This document shows, in pieces, positions 46,850-59,505 of a stretch of 64,000 nt of DNA. The DNA lies in assembly GCF_018350175.1 (NCBI RefSeq), contig NC_058368.1:70744001-70808000 (forward strand). Direction: 5' to 3'. The stretch comes from Felis catus (lineage: Eukaryota). How positions within the stretch are numbered: the first letter of the stretch is position 1; every line of letters begins with the position of its first letter. Position numbers and translations under genes: made by a program. The notes beneath the pieces are model-generated. The model worked only from the letters and a program-made list of their open reading frames with translations, was not told the origin of the DNA and did no database searches.

Positions 46850-48595
46850 TTTTTTAAATAAAAAATTTTTAATTCCAGCATAGTTAACGTTCTGTGTTAT
46901 ATTAGTTTCAGGTGTATAATATAGTGATTCAACAATCTATACATACTCAGTGCTCATCACAGTCAGTGTACTCTTAATCCCCTTCCTCTGTTTCACCCAT
47001 CCACACACACACTCCCCTTTGGTAGTCATCAGTGTGTTCTTTATTGTTAAGAGTGTTTTAGGGGGGCGCCTGGCTGGCACAGTCAGTAGAGCATGTGACG
47101 CTTGATCTCAGGGTTGTGAGTTTGAACCCCATGGTAGGTGTAGACATTACTTTATTTAAAAAAAAAAGTCTGTTTTGTGGTTTGTCTCTATTCTTCTTTG
47201 GTTAGTTGTTTTGTTCCTTAAATTCCACATATGAGTGAAATCATATGGTATTTGTCTTTCTGTGACTGACTGATTTCACTTAGCATTATACCCTCTAGGT
47301 CCATCCATGTTGCAAATGGCAACAGTTCATTCTTTTTTGGCTGAGTAACATTTATATTATATATTATTATATTTTATTTTATTTTATTTTATTTTATTTT
47401 ATTTTATTTTATTGTATATATGCCACATCTTTATCCATTCATAAATAGATAGACCCTTGGGTTGCTTCCATATTCTGACTATTGTAAATAGTGCTGCAAT
47501 AAACCTAGGCATATAAATACCATTTCGAATTAGTGCTTTCATATTCTTTGTGTAACTACCCAGTAGTGGAATTACTGGATCCTATGGTAGTTCTATTTTT
47601 TAGTTTTTTGAGGAAACTCCATACTGTTTTCCACAGTGGCTGCACCAGTTTGCATTCCCACCAGTGGTGCACGAGAGTTCCTTTTTCTCCACCTCCTCAC
47701 CAACACTTATTTCTTATGGCTTTGATTGTAGCCGTTCTGACAGGTGTGAGGTGATATCTCCTTATAGTTTTCATTTGCATTTCCTTGATGATGAGTGATG
47801 TTGAGCATCTTTTCCAGTGTTTGTTGGCCTTCTGTATATCTTCTTAGGAGAAGGATCTATTCATGTCTTCTGTCCATTTTTAATTGGATTATTTGAGGTT
47901 TTTTGGTGTTGAGTTGCATAAATTCTTTGTATATTTTGGATATTAACCACTTATCAGATATGTCATTTGCAAATACCTGATCCCATTCAATAGATTGTGT
48001 TTTTGTTTTGTTGATTATTTCTTTTTGTTTTGTTTCTTTTGTTGAAAGCTTTCTTTCAGAAGCTTTTTATTTTGATGTAGTCCTGATGGTTTATTTTTGC
48101 TTTTGTTTCCCTTGCCTTAGGAGACATGTCTACAAAAACTTTGCTACATATGATGTCAAAGAAATTATTGCCTGTGCTCTCTTCTAGGATTTTTATGGTT
48201 TGGGTCTCATGTTTAGGTCTTTAATCCATTTTGAATTTATTTTTGTGTATGGTGTAAGAAAGTGGTCCAGTTTCCTTCTTTTGCATGTAGCTGTCCAGTT
48301 TTCTCAGCACCGTTTGTTGAAGAGATTATCTTTTTCCCTTTGCATATTCTTGCCTCCTTTGCTGAAGATTAATTGATCATATAAACGTAGGTTTATTTCT
48401 GGGCTCTCTATTGTGTTCCGGTGACGTATATGTCTGTTTTTGTGCCAGTACCATACTTTTGGATTCCTATAGCTCTATAGTATATCTTGAAATCTTGGAT
48501 TGTGATGCTTCTGGTTTTGTTCTTCTTTTCAAGATTGCCTTGGCTCTTTGGGGTCTTTTGTGGTTCCATACAAATTTTAGTATTATTTATTCCAG
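46850..48595 (-). mobile_element. Carnivore L1 3' portion with a short + strand SINE (47060-47168) and (TTTTA)n (~47370-47413)
   Basis: Typical reverse L1 text: ttagtttcaggtgtataatatagtgattcaac, gaggaaactccatactgttttccacagtggctgcaccagtttgcattcccacc, ttgtggttccatacaaatttt. Confidence 0.93.
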
Positions 48596-49304
48596 TTTAC
48601 TCTTTATGTTCTTAAAACCATAACATGACCACTATAGAAAGAAGAAGAATTGTTAGAGGATAGCAAGAAGGAACTGATGTGGTTCGTTATGAGGGGTAGA
48701 GTCGTTGCTTGGGTGTTGGGAGACAAACCCGAGTCCCCTCCAATCAAGGCAAGAGACAGTCTTAAAAACCAGTTGGAGGTTGACCAAGCAGTGTTCATTG
48801 ACTGGGACCTGCTAGTTGAAGAGCCCATATCTACTGGTTTTCTGGTGAACAGAAAACAGGAATCAAATATAGGAGAGGATATAACAGTTAGATGGTAACT
48901 GTCATTGAGACAGAATGGAGAGGTTAAGGGAGGACAATGAGTTGGTCTCCATTTATGGAGTCTGAGCTCCTGCTACCATGCCACTTACTCTCTGAATAAG
49001 GTAAGTGCCCTCTTGGCTGAACTGGAGTTCAAGATGTTGCCCTTAGTTCATGCCTCTTGTTTCCATGTCTGCACTGGGCAGGGCCAGAGCCAAAGCTCCA
49101 GTACTGTGAATACCCCATAAGCACTGAAGAAACAGTATCCAGTAGGTGGAATGCCAAGACATATCATGGAGGGAAGTTCCAGAACTCTCAGTCTGTAGGC
49201 AAACAGTAGTCCTCAGGGAGATGAACTGTTGTATGAACTCCCTCCTGTCTTTAAATGGAATTTGATGAATTCCTCAGTCAAAGGCAGGTTTTAGAAGCTG
49301 CTCA

Positions 49305-49523
49305 GGGGCGCCTGGGTGGCGCAGTCGGTTAAGCGTCCGACTTCAGCCAGGTCACAATCTCGCGGTCGGTGAGTTCGAGCCCCGCGTCGGGCTCTGGGCT
49401 GATGGCTCAGAGCCTGGAGCCTGTTTCGGATTCTGTGTCTCCCTCTCTCTCTGCCCCTCCCCCGTTCATGCTCTCTCTCTGTCCCAAAAATAAATAAACA
49501 TTGAAAAAAAAATTTAAAAAAAA
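49305..49523 (+). mobile_element. Young feline SINEC_Fc
   Basis: Near-consensus; TSD AGAAGCTGCTCAGGG at 49293-49307 and 49523-49537. Confidence 0.95.
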
Positions 49524-49999
49524 GAAGCTGCTCAGGGCCTGGATGCAAGGGAGGCCTGAGTCAGGCCAAGCCACCTGGTGGAACGTGGCTGAACCGACAT
49601 CCCAGAGAGACCTCCCACGTCCAGACATCCTGCTGGCATATGCCGCCCCCCCGCCCCCCCCCGCCAGGAATCTGTCTTATAATTTCTTAGGTTTTCTGGT
49701 GGGTTCTGAGGTATGTGCTGGCTGGGCTTTGGTGACCAGTTACTTTCCTGAGGAACAATGGTCTAAGTGATTGTGTCCAATTCGCGTAGAAATAAAGGGC
49801 TTCTAGAGAATAATTAAAACTTCCTCCCTTCTCCCTTTCCTGTCCTCCCTTCCCACTCCATACCCAGCAGAAGCTCCCAGAACTCCTCAACTGTTGAAGA
49901 ATCAAAGTACATTTCTCTAATGGGGACCAGTAAGGACCAGGACATGGCTCTTTTTTTTCCCCCCTGACAGGAATCATTTCTCTTCTTTCTTTTTCTTCT

Positions 50000-51009
50000 A
50001 TTTTTTTTTAATTAGTTTTGAGAGAGAGAGAGAGAGAGAGAGAAGATCTAAAATAGGCTCCATGCTGACAGCAGAGTGCCCGATGCAGCGTTCAAACTCA
50101 CAAACCATGAGATCATGACTGGAGTTGAAGTTGGATGCTTAACCGATGGAGCCACCCAGGCGCCCCTCATTCTCATTCTTTTTTGAGAGAATTTTAAATT
50201 TACGTGCGGTTGTAAGAAATGACAGATCCTGTGTTCACTTTGCCCAGTTTTCCCCAAGAGTAATGTCTTACAAGACCACAGCACAATATCAAAATCAGGA
50301 CATTGATATTGATACATCAGGATACAGAACATTTCCATCACCACAAGGATCCTTCAGGTTGCCCTGTTATGGCTACTCCCACCTACCTTACGCCCCTCCC
50401 ACCATCTGCTCTCCATTTCAAGAATGTTATAGGAGTGCCTGGGTGGCTCAGTCAGCTGAGCATCTGACTGTTGGTTTCAGCTCAGGTCATGATCTCAGGG
50501 TTTGTGAATTTGAGGCCTTCCTCGGGCTCTGCACTAACAGTGTGGAGACTGCTTGGGATTCTGTCTCTACTCTTCCCCCATGCTCTCTCAATAAATAAAT
50601 AAATAAACTTAAAAAAAAAAAGTTACGTAAATGGAATCAAGCAGTGTGTGACCTTTGAGATGGCTTTCTTCACTCAGCCTGATTCTCTGGAGATTCATTC
50701 AGATTGTTGTGTGCATAACCAGAGTGTGTTTTTCCCTCATTGAAGGACATCTGGGTTGTTTTCAGTTTAGTGCTAGTGTGAGTAAAGCCTCAATGAACAT
50801 TCTTACACAGGTTTTTATGTAAATGTAAGTCTTCATTTCTCTGGGATAAGTGCCCAGGAGTGAAATCACAGAGTCGCATCTCCCTTATGATAGGATATTG
50901 GACATATTTTCCTGTGCCTATTTGCCATCTGTATATCCTCTTTGGTAAAATGTCTGTTGTCCATTTCTAATTGGATTGTTCGGGGATTTTTTTGTTTTCT
51001 TTTTTAAGT

Positions 51010-51052
<43 letters not shown>

Positions 51053-51170
51053 GTAATCTCTACACCCCACGTGGGGCTCGAACTCAGGACCCAAAGAGCA
51101 AGAGTCACATACTCTTCCAACTGAGCCAGCCAGGTGCCCCGGATTGTTTTTTACTGTTGAGTTCAACTCT
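50000..51170. mobile_element. SINE (-) 50000-50166; old L1 3' end (-) ~50180-50990 interrupted by SINE (+) 50432-50620; short SINE (-) ~51000-51140
   Basis: L1-like caatatcaaaatcaggacattgatattgatac...gaaggacatctgggttgttttcagttt, plus SINEC heads. Confidence 0.8.
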
Positions 51171-51533
51171 CCATTTTTATAATATGGATGTATGGCAGAC
51201 TGCAGTATGGAGGCTGGAGAAGTCCTGAAATTAACCCATTAATCCTATTAGGTTTTGTGCATTCCCTAGATCTCTTACCCAAGGATTAACAAATTGGGGA
51301 GGGGGGCCACGTGCATTTGAATCCTTGTTTTCTTCTTTGAATGGGGTGGGGGTTGTCTGCAAGGACAGAGCCTTTCCTGTGTGTGTTTACAGTGGCTAAG
51401 AAACAGGGACAAACATCTTTCCCCCAACCTAGTCTCTGAAGGAAGAAAACCAGGGAAAGAGGAAATTTTAAGTTTCATAGTGATGGGTTCCTTGGTCTCC
51501 CTTCATGCCCACCAGACTCAGTGAGTCTTAAAT

Positions 51534-51695
51534 CAGTGCTTCTCAAATTTTCATGTGCATGTGAATCAACTAAAGATCTTAAGATGCAGATTCTGATTCA
51601 CTGGGCCTGGGAAGCGTCCATAGATTCTGCTTGTCTCACCAGCTCCACGTAACGTGATGCCCCTGCTTCTGGGCCCAGGTTTACGGAGCAAGGGC
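51534..51695. mobile_element. MER5-type hAT-Charlie MITE
   Basis: cagtgcttctcaaa...gaatca...atgcagattctgattca...ctcaccagctcc. Confidence 0.75.
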
Positions 51696-52109
51696 CTAAA
51701 GACCCCTGGAGCCATTGAGCCCCCCCCTCTCACAGAGAAGGAAACTGAAACCCAGGTGAGTTTAGCAGTTTAGCCAAAGTCACCCACAGTGCCTACGACC
51801 AGCCCCTCCCTGCCCCCGTCGCTGGTAGCACCCCATAAACCCCACCACCTACTTAGGGGAAATGACATTCTTCTCAGGAAGCAGTCAGAAAATCCTGCTC
51901 TAGTATGCATTTACTGAGCTAATGCAATTCCCTCCTGGAGATTTCTGTGGTTTTAGTCTCCTCTTAAATGGTTTCTGTCCACTAGACAGATTCCAGGCTC
52001 TAACAATATAAATGAGCACCTATTTCATAAATTGAGTTTCATCAAACCAGCAGACTAAAAAACTTTCAAGGTCTCTGAGAGTGACATGCTGTTAACCTGG
52101 TTACCAGAC

Positions 52110-52490
52110 TTTAGGGGTTGAAGTGTGTCTTCCTAAAACTCCCATGTTGAAGTCCTATCCCCCAGTACCTCAGAATGTGACTATATTTGGACATAGGGCC
52201 TTTAAAGAGGTAATGAAGTTTGAATGAGGTCATATGGGTACGCCCTGATCCCATATGACTGTTGTCCTTACAAGAAGAGATTAGGACACAGACACACATG
52301 GTAGGGAGACGATGTGAACACACAGGAAGAAGATAGCCATCTAGGAGTCAAGGAGAGAGGTCTCAGGAGAAACCAAGCCTGCCGACATCTTGATCTTGGA
52401 CTTCCAGCCTCCAGACCTGTGAGAAATACATTTATATTGAGTAAGCCCCCAGCCTGTCGTACTTTGTTATGGTAGCAGCAAACTAACACC
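52110..52490 (+). mobile_element. MaLR solo LTR (MLT1B-like)
   Basis: gttgaagtcctatcccccagtacctcagaatgtgactatatttgga...ggacttccagcctccagacctgtgagaaata...gtactttgttatggtagcagcaaactaacac. Confidence 0.88.
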
Positions 52491-52704
52491 CCGCTGTTAG
52501 GGTAGAGAGAGATGGGAGGTAACAAAAAGTCCTCGGCATGTTCTACAGAAAAGTGTCCTGGGAGGGTGACTGTCTCTCAGCAGCAGGGCCAGGTTGCAGA
52601 TCCTAGTTTCTGGGAAGAGGCAGGCCAGGCAAAGAATTCCCATTTTCCAAACTGAGAGAGATCTTTTTGTGCTCCTTCTAATCAAGCTCGTTCAAAAGGA
52701 AGCA

Positions 52705-53140
52705 GCGTTATTCACAACAGCCAAAAGGTGGAAACAACCCAAATGACCATCAACAGACGAATGGAGAAACAAATGTGAATGTATATACAATGGAATATCA
52801 TTCAGCCTTAAAAAGGAATGAAATTCTGACATGTGCTACAACATGGATGGACCTTGAAAACATCATGCTAAGTGAAATAAGCCCATCACAGAAAAACAAA
52901 CATTGTATGATTCCACTAATAGGAGGTACCCAGAGTACCTCATATTCATAGAGACAAAAAATAGAGTAGGGCTTAACAGGAGGTGGGAGATCCTGTCCAA
53001 TGGGCACAGAGTTCATGTTTGGGATGATGAAAAAGTTTCAGGTACAGATGGTAGTAATAGTTACACAATATTCTGAATGTATTTAATGTCACTAAATTGC
53101 ACACATAATTATGTTGTATATTCCACCAAAATTTTATAAA
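52705..53140 (+). mobile_element. Old L1 (L1MB-like) 3' end
   Basis: ttattcacaacagccaaaaggtggaaacaacccaaatg...acatggatggaccttgaaaacatcatgctaagtgaaa...tttgggatgatgaaaaagtt. Confidence 0.9.
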
Positions 53141-54843
53141 TTTAGCATAAATCTAAAAATTAATATTTTTAAAGAATTATTTTTTTCAAAAAGAGAAAAA
53201 GTGTCCTTAAAGAATTTTACTCAGTTTCATCCTCTTAGTTGGGCAGAAGATCTTGCTGGGGAAGGAATGGTGGAAGGAATTTTGGACCTTGGAGTGGTGG
53301 AGTGAGATCCGGACCCTGGGGGGCTCTCTAGAGGAGATTTATATGGCCTCAAGTCAGCAAAGGGAGGAAAGTGAAAGTGTTAGGAGGTTAGAGAAGAGAG
53401 AATTGGACTTCACCTCTTTTGAATCCCCCTTTCCCTCCCCAAGACTGGCTTGATTTTCTCCACAGTTGTCTGTGTCTCGAAGCTTTGTGTCTTGAGGCAC
53501 CCCTGCTGCTCTCACTTCACTCCGCTTTACCTGTTGAAGTATCATGTTGAAGGGTAAAATCAGGACTCTTTTACAAATATAAAGTGCTTGCATGTGAAAG
53601 CATTTATTTAACTCATTGATTAATGATAGACCCGCTAAGATGTTAAAACCAGATCAAATAAGATTTAGACTTACAGAGATTTATATTCTCTACTGGACAA
53701 ATCTATTTTGCATTACTGTGAACAGGGCTCATTGGCATCACTAGAGACAGGAAACATTTGCAGGACTGTCAGTTTTCTACAAGTTTACTCATACCTCTAC
53801 AGAGTTGTAAATTGGTCCAAAGACTATTAAAGGTGCACACACCCTTATCAGATCCGATAGTCCTGGCCAGGCTGGGGGACAATACCCCAGCATTTCACTG
53901 GAGGAATACTACTAGTCTTTTTTGTCCATTTCCAAATCTTTGACAATTTTCCCTGCATAGCTCTTCTGCAGAATATGAGTGTGCGTGTCCACGGGGCTCT
54001 CCTTGAGTTCTCATCCAACTTCGTGGGTCAGGCATGGATGGGAAGGAACCTGTCACTAAATCCCTGACTGTACCTGAACACGGCCCCCTTGGGTCTGCTC
54101 CAACTTGTCTTTCCTGAGCTGAGCTGAAATCACCCTATTAGCTGTCCCCCTCCAACGTTGCTTGAGCCCCACTTCATCCATATCTACATCTTTGAGGGCC
54201 CAATATTTTTTCGTGTCAAGGGGGAACAGAGTGTCAGCCAACAGTCCAGCATTTTCTGCCTCAGCATTTGCCATTTTGTCTTATCCAGCTTGATCACCCT
54301 TACACTGTGTGTCCGCTTCCTTGGTGCCAAGATGAGAAAACCAGTATCAGCTCCTGTAGTATAAACCTTCCTTACTCATCCTGTGGTATAGGCAGATAAC
54401 AGCTTACCATGGTGAAGAAAATGAATTCAGCAAAGTTAATATTTTTACCAGTATTTGAAACAGTTATTAAATCGAGTGCCTATTATATGTTAGTCTTTAT
54501 GGTAAGAGATAAGATAGATTTTTAAAAATCTAATGGGGATAACAACTAGGAAAGCAGATGATTAGCCAACTATCTGAGAAGTGCCTTGACTGTACATGGC
54601 GTTGTAATGTCCCCATCTTCTAAAAACTTATTGCTTTGCCCTGATGCCCCGTTGGTATAGGCTCTGTAAGAGCATATTTATGAGTTTCCCCGAGCATATC
54701 TTGTTCGGGCAAGCCATGCCACATAGCTGAGTCTTCCCAGTCTTGGCTTGGGTATTTTCACCCTTAGGTAGGTCAGTTAATATGCTTTTGGGGACATCTG
54801 GGTTTGATTAGGAAAGAGAAAAGAGTGGAGGGACATGGGTAGA

Positions 54844-55290
54844 TGTTATGGATTAATTGTGTCTTCCGAAAAAATAAGTCAAAGTCCCAACCCCCAGTAC
54901 CTCAGAATGTGACCTTATTCAGAAATAGCGTCGTTGCAGTTGTAATTAGTTAAGCTGAGGTCATACTGGAGTAGGGTGGGCCCTGATCCAATATGGCTTG
55001 TGTCCTTACCAGAAGAGAAAAGACACACACAGGGGAAGGCCGTGTGACAACAAGGCAGAGGCTGAAGCAATGTGGCTGCAAGCCAAGGAGCATCAACGAT
55101 GGGCAGCACACCACGAGAACTAGGGAGAGGAAGGAAGGGTCCTCCCCTAAAGGTCTCAGGGAGGGCATGGCCCCGCTGACACCTTGTTCTCAGACTTCAG
55201 CCTCTAGAACTGTGCGAGAACAAATTTCTGCGGTTTTATGCCACCTGCTCTGTGGATATTTGTCCTGGAAGCCCTAGAAAACTCATACCG
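54844..55290 (+). mobile_element. MaLR solo LTR (MLT1C-like)
   Basis: tgttatggattaattgtgtc...cccagtacctcagaatgtgacctta...gcaagccaaggagc...ggaagccctagaaaactcatac. Confidence 0.88.
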
Positions 55291-55744
55291 TAAGCAACCA
55301 ATAATGTCTCACATTTGGGAAAAGTGCTCTAAAGTGGGGACAGAACTGAAATTAAAATATCCATCTGTGGGAGCTCTGGAGCCATCACTTCCTCGGGCAT
55401 AATTTGACTTTAAAGCAGATGATGGACAGATAATAGCCGTTTTCAGGAGGTGACTCTGTTAACCACCCTTCAAAGTGTTTCTGATAATTTTTAGTTTCTG
55501 TTCTGTTGAATGTGGATTCAGACTTCTATGCCTTTATCACACCAAATGCCTTTGACCTGAGGGCTTTGGCTGAAAGTGCAGAATTCCGAGGGAGATAGAT
55601 GCCAACTAACCCATTAACCTGCTCTGACCATCCCAGTCAGGGCTGGGTGCTGGGGCAGGGTGATGACAGCTTTCATGAAGAAGACTTACCCATGCCACTT
55701 GCCACAGTTGACAATGGGGCTATTCCAGGGGACAGGAATAGGGT

Positions 55745-55783
<39 letters not shown>

Positions 55784-55937
55784 GGAATTTTTTCAGGAGA
55801 CAGGAAGCAGCAAAATCTGCTATTCTCTGGAAATTGCTATCTGGACTGACAACATAGAAATGTTTTCAATCTGTCCATTACTTCATGCCAAGTCTCTGAG
55901 GTTCGACTGTCTTAGCCACTCACTCCTTGAAACTCTT

Positions 55938-56125
55938 GGCTCTCTCAGTGTGGTTCCCAGATCAGCAACATCAGCATCACCTGAGAACTTGTTAGAAATG
56001 CAGATTCTCAAGGCCCTGATCCACACCTACTGGATCAGAAACTCTGCCAGTGGGGCCCAGCAAGCAGAGTTTCCCACAGTCCATCAGGGTGATTCTGATG
56101 CCCATGAATGTTTGAGAACCAAAAC
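55938..56125. mobile_element. MER5A hAT-Charlie MITE
   Basis: tctcagtgtggttcccagatcagcaacatcagcatcacctgagaacttgttagaaatgcagattctc...ggtgattctgatgc...tttgagaacc. Confidence 0.88.
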
Positions 56126-56479
56126 CTGAATCTGTTGCCATCTGTGGCAATGTATTGCCTTAAGGCACTGCCAGCCTTTTCAGCTGCCTCTTTACTATGT
56201 CCTATCCTGGCTCATTCCTCCTTTATCCTCCCTGCTCGTGTGTGAGTATGTATGTGGGCATGAGCATACACGTCAGCAGACATCCAGGAAAGGGTTTGCT
56301 ATGGTCAGTTTGGTAGGTGGATCTACATGGGTCTGAAGCTCTGATGGGATGTTAGTTAAGCTCCTTAAGTTATAAAGAACAAAGATCCCTTCACATTTTT
56401 TCAGGTGGCTGCATTTATTGTAAAGAAACAATGAGAATGAGCATTTCTTACTACACCAATCAGGAAAAACTGTGAAGTG

Positions 56480-57330
56480 GAATCACATATAATTTGTATG
56501 TCTTTGGCTATTAGTGAAGTTGAGCATTTCTTCATATTTTTCCCTTTTATATCTTTGGCTCATTCTTCTACTGGTTTCCTGACATTTTTTGTTAATTTCA
56601 TCATATATTCTAGGTAAGAGGTTGATAAACTTTACTGTAAAGGGCCCAGAGAGTAAGCATTTTAGGATCTGCAGGCCACATGTCCTCTGCTGCACCAGCT
56701 CAACTCTGCTGTTAAAGCGTGTAGCAGCCATGACAATGCGTAAATGCACGAGCAGGGCTGTGGTCCAGTAAAACTTAAAGGCCAGATCCTGCCTGTAAGC
56801 GCGGTTTGCCAACCTCTGTTCTAGATACTACATCCTTGTTGGGTTTTGACATTACAGTTACCGTCTCCTCCCTCTGTCCGTGGTGTCCTCTGTTGACCAC
56901 AACCATTGCATTTTGATGGGTTCACATCTATCATATTTTTTCCCTTATAGGCTGTGCTTTTAGAATTTATTTAAGTTCTTCCCAACCTCAAGATGACAAA
57001 ATTATCTGACAGTTATTTCTATTGGTTTTATATTTTTGTCTTTTCACATTTAGATTTTGGATTATCCAGAATTGACCTTTGTACATAGTGTCGTTTATTT
57101 TCCTCCATATAGTAAACCATTTATTTTCCAACATCATCTGATAAATAATCTATCCTTTCCCCACAGGTTTATGGTATCAAGTATCATATATTCATTCCCC
57201 GGTGTAAATAGACCTGCTTTTGAGCATCTTATTCTGCCCCACTCGCTTATCTACCTGTTCCTCTGCCAACAGCACATTGTTTTTATTACTATGGCTTTGT
57301 AGTGTGTCTTCATATCTCATGGTACGACTC
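56480..57330 (-). mobile_element. Old L1 ORF2 remnant, interrupted by MER58
   Basis: ttagtgaagttgagcatttcttcatattt...tttttccaacatcat...gccaacagcacattgttttattactatggctttgtagtgtgtctt. Confidence 0.7.
56616..56818. mobile_element. MER58A-like hAT MITE
   Basis: Terminal inverted repeats aagaggttgataaac / gtttgccaacctctg and an 8-bp hAT-type TSD TTCTAG(G/A)T at 56608-56615 and 56819-56826. Confidence 0.88.
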
Positions 57331-57504
57331 TTTTCACATTTCCTTTCAAAAGCCTGTGAATCCACATTTATTTCAATGATGCAGACTTCGTAAGTTTTCT
57401 GCTACCATTTCCAGGACGAAGCACAGAATATCAAGTCAGGCAAGCTCTGAGTGGTAATACTCTACTCAACATTGTTTAACTACTATTTCTTTTGTTTTTT
57501 AGTA

Positions 57505-57833
57505 TTTTATTTTATTTTTTAATATTTTATTTATTTATTTTTATTATTGAGAGAGAGACAGAGAGAGAGCACAAGCAGAGGAGGGACAGAGAGAGAGGGA
57601 GACACAGAATCCAAACCAGACTCTAGGCTCTGAGCTGTCAGCACAGAGCCTGATGTGGGGCTCGAACTCATGAGATGCGAGATCATGACCTGAGCCGAAG
57701 TCAGATGCTTAACTGACTGAGCCACCCAGGTGCTCCTAAATATTTTATTTTTAAGTAATCTCTATACCCAATGAGAACTCACAACCCCAAGATCAAGTGT
57801 CACATTCTCCACCAACTGAGCCAGCCATGTGCC
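57505..57833 (-). mobile_element. CAN-SINE plus a short SINE in tandem
   Basis: Reverse SINEC 57505-57736 and short form 57745-57833; outer flank motif ctactatttct on both sides. Confidence 0.88.
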
Positions 57834-57859
57834 TATTAGCTACTATTTCTTGACTAGCT

Positions 57860-58360
57860 GCTGAATTAAGACTCTTGGCTTCAAGAACCAAAAACTGAGC
57901 TCAAACAACATTAATTTAGAAAATATATACACACTGGCCGGAAATGTGTCCATACACCTGAAGTCTAATGAATGGCTTTATTAGATCTGAGTGTTCAAAC
58001 AATATCATTAGGGCTCTCTCTCTCCCTCTCTCTTTCTCAGTTTCTTACTGCTTTTCTCTGTTGCTTGTGTTCTCGAGCAGTCTCTCCCCAAAGTGACCTG
58101 GATGGTGATACTGTCAAGCTTTCAGTATCCTTACGGCATGGGATATCAGGAGAGGAGATCCCTTAGTCGCTAAAATTCCTTGCCACACCTCCTTTCCCCC
58201 CACCCCCAAGGACTCCGATTGGGCCACGTGCCCTATACTGGATCAGTCATGGTGGCAGAGAAAATGGTCATGTGAATGACAACCCCACTAACTAGCAGAG
58301 GGGTATTCTCAAAAGGAAAGGTACTGGGCAGACTGAACACCCACAGAATCCACCTCACCT
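57860..58360 (-). mobile_element. Old MaLR LTR (MLT1J/K-like)
   Basis: ttaagactcttggcttcaagaaccaaaaactgagctcaaac...gattgggccacgtgccc...tcagtcatggtggcag...tactgggcagac. Confidence 0.55.
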
Positions 58361-58779
58361 GAAAGAAGCCAAGGCGGAATTAGCAAGCAGCTCTGTCGAT
58401 GTTAAAGCTGGCTCACTTTCCGCTATGCCACACTGCCATTCAATCATGCTATTGTTACTTTAAACCTGCCATGGTACAAAGTAAGCTCATCATTTTTCCT
58501 ATAATCATGTTCAAAGTTCAAAGTCTCCAAAAACTACTGCCATTTCCTGGGTCTCCTAGCTGTGAAAATTTGCCTCCTTTCCCATTGATTCAACCTTTCC
58601 TTTTACCCTTTGTCAATCTCCTCCCTCTTTCTGTTCCTTCTGGTACCGGTTGTCTACACACCTGTTCGTGGGCTGATCATCTGACCTCTGAACCACTGTA
58701 CTATCTGTTCCTTACCTCAGTTCATCCTGTGTACAGACACACATTAAACTCCCTAAAGTACAATAAGGGTTGTAGTTTT

Positions 58780-59048
58780 ATTTTTTATTTTATTTTATTT
58801 TATTTTATTTTATTTTATTTTATTTTATTTTATTTTATTTTATTTTATTTTTAAATGTTTATTTATTTTTGAGAGACAGAGCATGAGCAGGGGAGGGGCA
58901 GAGAGAGAGGGAGACGCAGAATCTGAAGTAGGCTCCAGGCTCCGAGCTGTCAGCACAGAGCCCGACGTGGGGCTGGAACCCACAAACCGTGAGATCATGA
59001 CCTGAGCTGAAGTCGGACACTTAACCGACTGAGCCACCCAGGCGCCCC
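58780..59048 (-). mobile_element. CAN-SINE with a (TTTTA)n pentamer tail
   Basis: Reverse SINEC; TSD ATAAGGGTTGTA at ~58763 and ~59049. Confidence 0.92.
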
Positions 59049-59099
59049 ATAAGGGTTGTATTTTTAAAGAAAATTCATTATTATTCTTTTTGCTTAAGA

Positions 59100-59505
59100 T
59101 GTGTTTCAATTTGTATCACAATAATGCAGCACAGCAGAGCACTCCAAAATTCAGGGGCTTAAAAAAACAAAAAGGATATTTATTATTGGCAAGTGTGTAT
59201 GTGTCTGTTGAGGTTCAGCCAATCTGGGCTGGGGCAGCTTTGTTTCTCCCTGCAGGTCTGAGGGGCAGCCTGGCTCCGTGGGTCTCTCCTTGCCCACATG
59301 ACAGTGTGCTTTGCCAGGGTCTGCTCTTCTGACAGTGATGGCAACGGTGCAAAGGGCCACCAGAAACATGGGAGGCCTCTCAAGGCCTGGAGCTTCAACA
59401 GACATAGGGTCAAGCTCAAAGTCAAGGGGCAAGGGGAACACTCTGTGCACACTGAGCTGATTGAAGGCTGTGGAAGAATTGGAGTCATCAACGCAGTCTA
59501 CCATT
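59100..59505 (-). mobile_element. Old MaLR LTR (MLT1G/H/I-like)
   Basis: acaataatgcagcacagcagagcactccaaaattcaggggcttaaaaaaacaa...ctcaaagtcaaggggcaagggg...tcaacgcagtctacca. Confidence 0.6.

Noticed and set aside
52110..55290. Two same-orientation MLT1 LTRs 2.4 kb apart, suggesting a full MaLR provirus
   Set aside because: The LTRs differ in length and internal sequence (apparently different subfamilies), the interval contains an L1 end, and I see no shared TSD; independent solo LTRs are more likely.
55599..56129. Longest ORF in the track (176 aa)
   Set aside because: It runs through a (GTTTT)n repeat and a MER5A element, with no homology I recognise.
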